Origin: an uncultured archaeon
GTDB taxonomy: Archaea; Altiarchaeota; Altiarchaeia; JAFGQM01
NCBI GenBank assembly: GCA_964619365.1
Contig: CAZUDQ010000005.1
Coordinates: 62,821 to 95,603, forward strand
Length of the DNA: 32,783 nucleotides
Direction: 5' to 3'
Shown piece after piece: positions 1 through 7,211 of the stretch (positions within the stretch are counted from its first letter, which is position 1; the number at the start of each line of letters is the position of its first letter). The position numbers were made by a program, and so were the translations under genes. Under the pieces are notes generated by a model, which was given only the letters and a program-made list of their open reading frames with translations, had not been told where the DNA came from and did no database searches.

Positions 1-88
1 AGCTTTTTTTCTGGAATTTTTTGGGCTTGTCAAAGCTTTTTTTCTGGAATTTTTTGGGCTTGTCAAAGCTTTTTTTCTGGAATTTTTT
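1..88. repeat. Perfect 33-bp tandem repeat, at least 2.7 copies, coding
   Basis: Unit AGCTTTTTTTCTGGAATTTTTTGGGCTTGTCAA starts at 1, 34 and 67 (last copy partial). No spacers. Confidence 0.95.
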
Positions 89-94
89 TGCCAT
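1..94 (-). CDS. 5' part of a Lys-rich protein with an N-terminal 11-aa repeat (runs off the window)
   Basis: ATG at 94 on the minus strand reads MAKKFQKKSFDKPKKFQKKSFDKPKKFQKKS with no stop. Upstream TATA-like AAAGCCTTTTTATG. Co-oriented with neighbours. Not in the ORF track. Confidence 0.75.
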   Translation of the reverse strand, partial: MAKKFQKKSFDKPKKFQKKSFDKPKKFQKKS

Positions 95-158
95 TTCTTA
101 TTCTTGTGTTTTATATTACCTTAAAAGACATAAAAAGGCTTTGATTGCAAAGGTCCAG

Positions 159-494
159 TTACATACCCACCATTACAGCTATTGTAATGATTACAGTGAG
201 AACAAATACTATCCCCAAAAGGGCGCCCAGATAACGAATCATCTTTTTTTCTGAATCGACCTTGTGCATGAGGTAATCAAGCATCATATCAGTCGACTCA
301 ATACGTGAACGAATGTCAGAGTACTCTGTTGAAAGCGTGCGAAGTTCCTCGCCGATATCAAGCGCCTTCCCGTGCGTCTTTTCTATCTTTTCGACTCTGG
401 AGTGGAGGTCTTTTACACTGGGCGACTTCATAACCTGGACTTGTACTAACGGGTTCTTCTTTTTTATTTTCTTTTTTGAATTTTCGCGGGTCAT
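159..494 (-). CDS. Tail-anchored coiled-coil membrane protein (SNARE-like architecture)
   Basis: 111 aa: basic N-terminus, about 55 aa of heptad pattern, one C-terminal TM helix (LGALLGIVFVLTVIITIAVMVGM), no signal peptide. Confidence 0.75.
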   Translation of the reverse strand: MTRENSKKKIKKKNPLVQVQVMKSPSVKDLHSRVEKIEKTHGKALDIGEELRTLSTEYSDIRSRIESTDMMLDYLMHKVDSEKKMIRYLGALLGIVFVLTVIITIAVMVGM

Positions 495-529
495 TTTTAC
501 AAGTTAATTACTTGGGGTTTCCTTAAAAA

Positions 530-763
530 TTATTTGGGGATAAACGCAAAGATTACCCATGCGGCAAATATCAATAAGAATATATTTGCTAGTGCAAGAT
601 ATCCCACACCTAGGAATGGGTACCTGAACACAAAGAGATAAACAAGTAGCCCCCCTATAATCAATGCAAGAGTCGTATTGCCCGTGTAATTCCTGACAAA
701 ACCAAATATAGTTATTACTAAGAAGAGTTGTACAAGCATCCAAAGTATTTCCAGCCCTTCCAT
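530..763 (-). CDS. Small integral membrane protein, hypothetical
   Basis: 77 aa, about 3 hydrophobic helices, ATG start, co-oriented with neighbours. Confidence 0.8.
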   Translation of the reverse strand: MEGLEILWMLVQLFLVITIFGFVRNYTGNTTLALIIGGLLVYLFVFRYPFLGVGYLALANIFLLIFAAWVIFAFIPK

Positions 764-834
764 TTTTCTTATTCTTTTATTTTTTCTTAAAGATGATTCT
801 GCACGATTTAATTATATGAAGTCAAAAGATAAAC

Positions 835-1206
835 TCAAGGAGGGGGACGCATGCGGTGCATCATCGCCCGTTCGCCCCCGACGGCAGCCATCTTTCCTGC
901 GCGAATCTGCTCAACATTTCCTTTGACAATATCTCCACCCCATATTATATCGAATCCGTGAATCGTGAAGAAGAATACTGCAAGGACAGCCACGGCAAGG
1001 ATACCTTCTGCCATAAAAAGGAAAAAATACGCAAAAATCAGGAAAACCCCTGTTGATAATATGCCACCACCCAGATTCATGTGCATGTAACCATAGAGCA
1101 TTACAAGTGCGACAATCTTCAGGCCGAACATTAAGTCCCCACCTACGTTGCCCATTGCAAAAATATCTGTTGCAAGCAGGTTGAAAAGAGTCTGAGTAAG
1201 CATCAT
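835..1206 (-). CDS. Small integral membrane protein, hypothetical (possible paralogue of 530-763)
   Basis: 123 aa, about 3 TM helices, soluble tail ending MMHRMRPPP. TTTTTTATT box about 25 nt upstream. Confidence 0.8.
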   Translation of the reverse strand: MMLTQTLFNLLATDIFAMGNVGGDLMFGLKIVALVMLYGYMHMNLGGGILSTGVFLIFAYFFLFMAEGILAVAVLAVFFFTIHGFDIIWGGDIVKGNVEQIRAGKMAAVGGERAMMHRMRPPP

Positions 1207-1264
1207 CTATAATTTAAGGGTGCATAGAATAAAAAAGTCTTGACCGTTCCGTTGATTAGTTATA

Positions 1265-1819
1265 TTATTGAGGCGGGTCAAGATACGCTGAGAGTTCCAT
1301 ATAACCTTTTCGCGTGTCAGACTCGATATCGTGCTTGCCATGATATCTCTCGGCAGGCTCTTTTTCAGGGGAACCGGGACCTATTGGGACACAACCATTG
1401 ACTTTTGGCCGTATTGTATTGTCAATATGATAAATAGATTTATCATCAACGAAAACATCAAGCTCAATACAAGTACCATCAGGCGCCGTTGTAATCAAGT
1501 CTTTTAGGTATGTGGAATCGTATGCCATGAGCTTTTCAAGTATGCTATTTTTTTCAGCTGTCCTAAACAGCCAATTGGCCCAAGAGCTAAGTATCTGGTC
1601 TGAGGGGCAATCTCCGATTATTAAGTAGGTGCTTGGTTTTGAAAGTGGGAAATCATTGCTGCACTCATAATAATTTTCTGTTTCAGGTGAGGACAATGCC
1701 GAATCAGTACCAAGTGACCAGAATACCAAGCCTAAAAAGAATATTGTGACAAGTGCGAGGATAAAGAACTTTTCATCCGCCTTACAAATAGGACATGATG
1801 CTTCTGTTTTACCACCCAT
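1265..1819 (-). CDS. Hypothetical membrane-anchored/exported protein
   Basis: 184 aa. N-terminal CPIC, one hydrophobic helix, then a Cys-containing soluble domain. AAGCTTTTTATA promoter upstream. Confidence 0.75.
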   Translation of the reverse strand: MGGKTEASCPICKADEKFFILALVTIFFLGLVFWSLGTDSALSSPETENYYECSNDFPLSKPSTYLIIGDCPSDQILSSWANWLFRTAEKNSILEKLMAYDSTYLKDLITTAPDGTCIELDVFVDDKSIYHIDNTIRPKVNGCVPIGPGSPEKEPAERYHGKHDIESDTRKGYMELSAYLDPPQ

Positions 1820-1852
1820 ATTGTTATACTTAGGGGGAGGTCTATAAAAAGC

Positions 1853-2413
1853 TTAGACTTCAGGAAGTATTATAGCACCTTCTGGATCGCCCAAAATACG
1901 CGTCTTGCCTGAAGAGTAAAAAACAGCAGCAAGAGCCGCGACAGCAGAGTCCAGTTCATCCTGAGAATACATCCTGTCGGACAGGGAACCTGATAACATC
2001 CCAGATAACTGTTTTTGCAATGCCATCCCCTTTTCTTCAAGACCTAAGACTTTTTTTGTGGCGCGAACAGAAATCTCTATTATTTCTAAGTCTGCATTTG
2101 GGATTTTAGAGTTTAATGAGATTCCACGCTCTACAAGAGACGCCATTCCGGAAAGACTTTGAGGTAGAACATCTACACCCAGTGACATTAACTCTTCATC
2201 ACAAAATCTGAGATAGCCGTTTTTTGCCTTTGAAAGAGGTGCATCTATTGCGATTATGCCGGGTTTTGAGAGTTGGCACTGCATCAGTATCTCCTCATCC
2301 GTGCGTGGTGTCGAGAACATTGCTTTCCGACTGCCGTTTTCACTGATGTCAAGAATACAAAACCCTGAAGCTTTCTTGTCTTTTCCTGAAAGGTCTATTC
2401 CTGCAATTCTCAT
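1853..2413 (-). CDS. DUF429 family predicted nuclease (RNase H fold)
   Basis: Motifs AGIDLSG, IAIDAPLS, RFCDEEL, IIEI, DELDS. Confidence 0.85.
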   Translation of the reverse strand: MRIAGIDLSGKDKKASGFCILDISENGSRKAMFSTPRTDEEILMQCQLSKPGIIAIDAPLSKAKNGYLRFCDEELMSLGVDVLPQSLSGMASLVERGISLNSKIPNADLEIIEISVRATKKVLGLEEKGMALQKQLSGMLSGSLSDRMYSQDELDSAVAALAAVFYSSGKTRILGDPEGAIILPEV

Positions 2414-2485
2414 CCTTGTTTAATCAGTATTTATATACTCTGACTTAATAATTAGAATCGTTTCATAATCATTAAAAGTTCTAAA

Positions 2486-2659
2486 ATGACAGTTAGATGC
2501 AACAGAGATAAGTGTATGCACTGCGGAGGCTGTGTAGGCGTCTGTCCTGTTGGGGCAATAACCCTTAAAGAATCCAGGATTGAAATAGACAAGGAAAAAT
2601 GTATCAATTGCAAGACGTGCATAAAGTACTGTCCGGCTGAAGCACTTAGTGAAGAATAA
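2486..2659 (+). CDS. 2[4Fe-4S] ferredoxin (57 aa, missed by the ORF track)
   Basis: MTVRCNRDKCMHCGGCVGVCPVGAITLKESRIEIDKEKCINCKTCIKYCPAEALSEE has two CxxCxxCxxxCP motifs. Stop lies 1 nt before the GGR ATG. Confidence 0.95.
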   Translation: MTVRCNRDKCMHCGGCVGVCPVGAITLKESRIEIDKEKCINCKTCIKYCPAEALSEE

Positions 2660-2660
2660 A

Positions 2661-3854
2661 ATGGATTATGATGTTATAATTGTCGGAGCGGGTCCTGCGG
2701 GGAACATGACTGCAAAGGTGTGTGCCCAAAAAGGCCTTAAGACTCTTGTTCTTGAAAAGGACAACGCAATAGGCGAGCCAAAGCGATGCGCTGAGGGAAT
2801 CAGCGTACACGGCTTTGAGAGGGTTGGCCTTAAACCTAACAAGAAGTTTATCTGCCAGGAAATCGATGGTGCGACACTTTGGAGTCCGTCAAACAAGAGC
2901 GTTGACATGAAAAACGCAGACACCCGCGGTTATGTGCTTGAGCGAAAGGTCTTTGAAAAGCATCTTGCAAAAGACGCAATAAAGGCTGGAGCCGATTATA
3001 TGGTCAGGACTACAGTTACAAGCCTTTTGGAAAAGGATGGAAAACCTGCAGGGGTTGCAGCAGAGTTCCTTGGCGAGAAAATGGAGTTTGAAGCACCTCT
3101 GATTATCGGTGCCGACGGCGTTGAGTCACAGGTAGGCAAGATGGCTGGCCTTAGAACAAACGTACCATTTAAAGATTATATTTCGGGCTTCCAGTATGAG
3201 ATGGCCGGGATAAAAAACCTCAGTGACAAGAGAATCCACCTTTGGTTCGGCAACGATATCGCACCAAAAGGCTACATGTGGGTATTCCCAAAGGGAAATG
3301 ACCTGGCAAATGTCGGGATAGGCATAATCGGTCCTTCAAACGAAACCATGAGTGCGCGAAAATACCTTGAGAACTTCATAAAAAACAACCCGCAGTGGTT
3401 TTCTAATGCTAGCCCAGTTGAAGTAAATGCAGGAGGCGTTCCTGTTTCAGCTTACATGGAAGATCCTTTTGTCGTTGATAATCTTATGCTTGTCGGAGAC
3501 GCGGCACAGCAGGTAAACCCCATTCACGGCGGCGGGATGTCAACTAACCTTTATGCAGCTCAAATCTGCGGGCGCGTTGCAGCAGAAGCAATAGACTCAG
3601 GGGACTTAAGCGCAAAAAAGCTTTCAGAGTATGAGCGCGAGTGGAAAGAGACTGATGGTGTGCGCATGCAAAAGCTCCTTAAATTACGTTACTTCCTTGA
3701 GAAGCTTGAGGATAAGGATTTTGAGTACTTTGCTGAGGTCATAACAAGTGATGAGCTTGACGACATGCAAAAAGGAAAAACGGGCTTTCTCCTAAAGAAG
3801 CTTGCAACAAAGCCTAGCCTCTTAAGGTATGCAATGCAATACATCAGAGCTTAA
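2661..3854 (+). CDS. ggr: Digeranylgeranylglycerophospholipid reductase (geranylgeranyl reductase family)
   Basis: YDVIIVGAGPAG FAD motif, PKRCAEG, IGADG, APKGYMWVFPKG, LVGDAA, NPIHGGG. ATG 2661 preferred over GTG 2649. Confidence 0.9.
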   Translation: MDYDVIIVGAGPAGNMTAKVCAQKGLKTLVLEKDNAIGEPKRCAEGISVHGFERVGLKPNKKFICQEIDGATLWSPSNKSVDMKNADTRGYVLERKVFEKHLAKDAIKAGADYMVRTTVTSLLEKDGKPAGVAAEFLGEKMEFEAPLIIGADGVESQVGKMAGLRTNVPFKDYISGFQYEMAGIKNLSDKRIHLWFGNDIAPKGYMWVFPKGNDLANVGIGIIGPSNETMSARKYLENFIKNNPQWFSNASPVEVNAGGVPVSAYMEDPFVVDNLMLVGDAAQQVNPIHGGGMSTNLYAAQICGRVAAEAIDSGDLSAKKLSEYEREWKETDGVRMQKLLKLRYFLEKLEDKDFEYFAEVITSDELDDMQKGKTGFLLKKLATKPSLLRYAMQYIRA

Positions 3855-3858
3855 GAGA

Positions 3859-3877
3859 ATTATCCTTAAAGGATAAT
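3859..3877. promoter_or_regulatory. Inverted repeat ATTATCCTT-A-AAGGATAAT (possible operator or terminator)
   Basis: Perfect 9-bp arms with a 1-nt spacer in the ggr-PLD intergenic region. Confidence 0.4.
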
Positions 3878-3925
3878 CTTATCCACAGGTAACTATAATG
3901 CGGCGTTAGTTCAAAGAAATAGTTT

Positions 3926-4531
3926 ATGATTGAACACATTAAACCAAGACTCGCACGTGCGAGTCTTGAATCCGTAGCCTTATTTCTCATTTTAGGCTTG
4001 GTTATTGGCATAGTGCTTACTGAGGCGGTCTTTATGGTATTTTCACCAATCATCCTGCCTGATGGTGCCATTGCCACAGTAAGTGACAGAGAATACCTCC
4101 CAATAGCTCTTGATGCTATATCCTCGGCTCAAGACGAGATTCTTGTCGTGCTCTTCTCTGCAAGTTATGAGACCTCTCCTGAGTATGACAACCCGTCGGC
4201 AAACAGGCTCATGGACGCCCTTGGCGGGGCTAAAACGCGAGGCGTTAAAGTACATATAGTCATTGATAGCTGGTACGAAAGTAACGAAAGGGCGGCTAAG
4301 GAACTCAGGAAAAATAATATAGAAGTAAGAGTCAGGGATTACAACAGCGCTTCAACCCACTCAAAACTGCTCGTTATAGACAAGAAACTTGTTATTGTGG
4401 GCTCGACAAACTGGAGCCATTACAGTCTTGACTTGAATAGTGAGACTAATGTTGCAGTGGCAAACAAGAAAATTGCGGGAGAATTCAGGGAATACTTCTT
4501 CTCCCTTTGGGAAACATGTTTAGAAAACTGA
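3926..4531 (+). CDS. Phospholipase D-like domain protein, single HKD, membrane-anchored
   Basis: HSKLLVIDKKLVIVGSTNWS fits HxK(x4)D(x6)GSxN. NSETN downstream. N-terminal TM helix. Confidence 0.9.
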   Translation: MIEHIKPRLARASLESVALFLILGLVIGIVLTEAVFMVFSPIILPDGAIATVSDREYLPIALDAISSAQDEILVVLFSASYETSPEYDNPSANRLMDALGGAKTRGVKVHIVIDSWYESNERAAKELRKNNIEVRVRDYNSASTHSKLLVIDKKLVIVGSTNWSHYSLDLNSETNVAVANKKIAGEFREYFFSLWETCLEN

Positions 4532-4535
4532 CAAA

Positions 4536-4805
4536 TTAGTGTTTAAGTTCTTTTGAAAGTTTGGCAAATGCCTCATGAACAGTGTCTTTAAATTCCCAGC
4601 CTTCTGAACTTGCCGTTGCCAGGAGACTTGGCGCCTCAACACGGAGTTGGGTTGTGTATGAATACCTGTTCCCGGCTTTCTGGTGCGCTTTTACCTGAGC
4701 GTGAAAAAGCTCAATATTTTTATCCTTACAGCATTTCTCTGCAAGCTTCTCGATCATTTCCTTTTGATCCGGGTCAAGTTTTATACCTGCGAATTGTATA
4801 TCCAT
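4536..4805 (-). CDS. HPF/RaiA-like ribosome hibernation factor, stand-alone
   Basis: 89 aa, beta-alpha-beta-beta-beta-alpha pattern. MDIQFAG start and ATASSEGWEFKDTVHEAFAKLSKEL end resemble the HPF consensus. Confidence 0.65.
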   Translation of the reverse strand: MDIQFAGIKLDPDQKEMIEKLAEKCCKDKNIELFHAQVKAHQKAGNRYSYTTQLRVEAPSLLATASSEGWEFKDTVHEAFAKLSKELKH

Positions 4806-4908
4806 AAATAATTTTTACGTTATGGTAAGAAAAACCTTTCAAAAACAGATTTGATTTTTATTATCTAAGCCCAAAATACCGAAAAAAGATTTAATATTGA
4901 AATATAAG

Positions 4909-5193
4909 ATGGATGTTAAGGACATAAAGGCGGGAGCCGCTAAAGGAGAAGTGACACTTGAAATAGTATCTGTTGACGAACCAAGGGAATTTGAAAAGTA
5001 TGGTCGCAGCGGACGTGTCGCAAACGCCAAAGGAAAAGACGCTACGGGAGAAATTACCCTTACTCTCTGGAACGAGGATGTTGAAAAGATAAAGGCCGGC
5101 AATAAAGTCAAGATAACCGACGGCTGGGCAGCAGAATGGCAGGGCAATTTACAGCTTTCTGCAGGTAAGTTCGGTAAAATAGAGGTTATCTAA
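4909..5193 (+). CDS. ssb: Single-OB-fold single-stranded DNA-binding protein
   Basis: GRVANA..KDATGEITLTLWNE..GNKVKITDGW..EWQGNLQLSAGKFG is typical of the archaeal SSB/RPA OB fold. ATG 4909 preferred over TTG 4897. Confidence 0.9.
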   Translation: MDVKDIKAGAAKGEVTLEIVSVDEPREFEKYGRSGRVANAKGKDATGEITLTLWNEDVEKIKAGNKVKITDGWAAEWQGNLQLSAGKFGKIEVI

Positions 5194-5229
5194 GCACCGA
5201 ATATTTTATTTTTTTCTTATTTTTATTTT

Positions 5230-6138
5230 ATGAACCTGGAGACGCTATCACGAGAAAGTCTCTGGGTCCTAATTCTTCTCGCAATACTCTTTGCATTTAT
5301 CGTTCCTGATATCGGCCAGATTTTTACACCATATGTAATCTACCCGCTTATCCTGGTAATGTTCTTTACCATGCTAAGGATATCCATTGGCGACATACTT
5401 TCTACGGCTCACGAAAAACGCCTGGTTTTAGGAGGGCTTGCCGCATGTTTTGTCCTGACCCCGATTATTGCCGCCCTTACTTCATTTTTCATTGAGCCTG
5501 AATACGCAATAGGCCTTGTTTTTTACAGTGCATTGCCGTCGGCAACAAGTGCGGCGTTTTACGTCTCAAAGCTTGGGGGAAAGGGGGCACTGTCACTTTT
5601 TCTCACTGCAACAACTATGATACTCGCGCCTGTCATAACTCCGTTTATAACTCTGCTTTTTACAGGTTCCCAGGTTGAAATGGAGGCTTTTGGCATGTTT
5701 TTAAACCTTCTAAAATTTATTATATTGCCGCTTATCGCAGCCGAGATAATAAGGTATTTCATATCAAAAAATGGCCTGAAAAAACTTTCATCCACTGGAA
5801 ACCTGATTGCCCCGATTTGCATGTTTTTTGTCGTCTTCGGGACGGTTTCTGTCAGCTCGGGAGACTTTTTTGATTTGGGCGCGCTTATCGCCGCCTGTCT
5901 TGTAGTATTTGCGGGAAGCTTTGTTGCAGGCTATTTGATTGCTCCAAAGGGTGGAATTGCAATAGGGTATGGGGCGGCGTTCAGGAACAGTAGCCTTGGA
6001 ATGGTTATTGCCCTTGAAACCTTAGGGCCACTTTATGCTGTGCCCTGCGTACTAATGACTTTGATACATAACATTGCCTTAATCCCACTTATTTTCTTTT
6101 CTAAAAAAAGAGTTAAAGCTAGTGCTCATGTAATCTAA
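5230..6138 (+). CDS. Bile acid:sodium symporter (BASS/SBF) family transporter, copy 1
   Basis: About 10 TM helices. LPSATSAAFY, GKGALSL, LAPVITP, RNSSLG motifs. Confidence 0.85.
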   Translation: MNLETLSRESLWVLILLAILFAFIVPDIGQIFTPYVIYPLILVMFFTMLRISIGDILSTAHEKRLVLGGLAACFVLTPIIAALTSFFIEPEYAIGLVFYSALPSATSAAFYVSKLGGKGALSLFLTATTMILAPVITPFITLLFTGSQVEMEAFGMFLNLLKFIILPLIAAEIIRYFISKNGLKKLSSTGNLIAPICMFFVVFGTVSVSSGDFFDLGALIAACLVVFAGSFVAGYLIAPKGGIAIGYGAAFRNSSLGMVIALETLGPLYAVPCVLMTLIHNIALIPLIFFSKKRVKASAHVI

Positions 6139-6225
6139 GAGCAAGTAATTTTTATCGGATATGGGCTTAAGTTTAGGCTTCCAAAGCAAAGAATAATACA
6201 AAGTGGCAGTTAAAACATCCCCCCT

Positions 6226-7131
6226 ATGGAACTAAAGGCGATATCTCAGGAAATCCTTTGGATAGTTATTCTGCTTGCAATAGTACTCTCTTTTGTAATC
6301 CCTGAAACAGGGCAGATTTTTACCCCGTATTTGATTATACCGCTTCTTGTTCTTATGTTTTTTACTATGCTTAATATACCCATTAATGACATATTGACAG
6401 GGGCGCACAAAAAAGGAGCAATTTCGAGGGGACTTATCGTCTTTTTTGTAATATCACCAATAATTGCAGTTCTTGCTTCTCTTTTTCTCCGGCCAGAATA
6501 CGCTGTCGGACTTATATTCTGCAGCGCACTACCTTGCGCAACAAGCGCGGCGTTTTATGTATCAAGGCTTGGAGGTAACGGTGCTTTAGCACTCATTTTG
6601 ACTGCGCTTAGTACTATGCTCGCACCAATTTTAACACCAATTTTAACTCTTTTTCTCGCAGGAACTCGAGTTGAAGTAGATGCATTTGTCATGTTCTTAG
6701 ATTTGTTTGGATTCATAGTCCTACCGCTGATTGCAGCAGAAGTCCTCAGATATCTTGTTGGCAAAAAAACCGTTAAAAAAATATCGGACGCGGGCCAGAT
6801 CTTAGCACCCATTTGCATATTCTTTATAGTCTTTGGGACAATCTCTGTTAGTTCGGGCATTCTTTTTGGTTTAGTGCCCCTGGCAATAGCTTCGATTGTG
6901 CTTTTTGTAGGAAGCTTTGTTGCAGGTTATCTGTTTGTTCCAAAATACGGACTGGCAATCGGTTATAGCGCGGCGTTCAGGAACAGTAGCCTTGGAATGG
7001 TTATCGCGCTCAATACATTAGGGCCCATTTATGCAGTGCCTGCAGTTATGCTCACCCTGATTTATAATGTTATTTTGATACCCCTTATCCTTATCTATAA
7101 AAAACGAAAGCCCAATGCTCAGGCGATATAG
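6226..7131 (+). CDS. Bile acid:sodium symporter (BASS/SBF) family transporter, copy 2
   Basis: Collinear paralogue of 5230-6138 with the same motifs. Confidence 0.85.
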   Translation: MELKAISQEILWIVILLAIVLSFVIPETGQIFTPYLIIPLLVLMFFTMLNIPINDILTGAHKKGAISRGLIVFFVISPIIAVLASLFLRPEYAVGLIFCSALPCATSAAFYVSRLGGNGALALILTALSTMLAPILTPILTLFLAGTRVEVDAFVMFLDLFGFIVLPLIAAEVLRYLVGKKTVKKISDAGQILAPICIFFIVFGTISVSSGILFGLVPLAIASIVLFVGSFVAGYLFVPKYGLAIGYSAAFRNSSLGMVIALNTLGPIYAVPAVMLTLIYNVILIPLILIYKKRKPNAQAI

Positions 7132-7211
7132 CTAGGGGTTGATTTTTATCAAAGGCGCCCTTAATCTTATGCCCAGAAAATAAGAGTTTATGTGGTGGAT
7201 TAGTAATAAAC

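Noticed and set aside
1-88. 33-bp repeat as a CRISPR array
   Set aside because: Copies are directly adjacent with no spacers, the length is a multiple of 3 within an ORF, and there are no cas genes.
21-254. Plus-strand 77-aa ORF over the repeat
   Set aside because: TTG start, antisense to two better-supported minus-strand genes. Its Phe-rich repeat is the shadow of Lys codons.
504-743. Cys-rich 79-aa ORF
   Set aside because: Alternative frame of the 530-763 membrane protein gene.
1853-4531. DUF429 nuclease plus PLD (with the distant helicase and methyltransferase) as a defence system
   Set aside because: The genes are on different strands or far apart, are interleaved with housekeeping genes, and have no recognisable defence operon layout.
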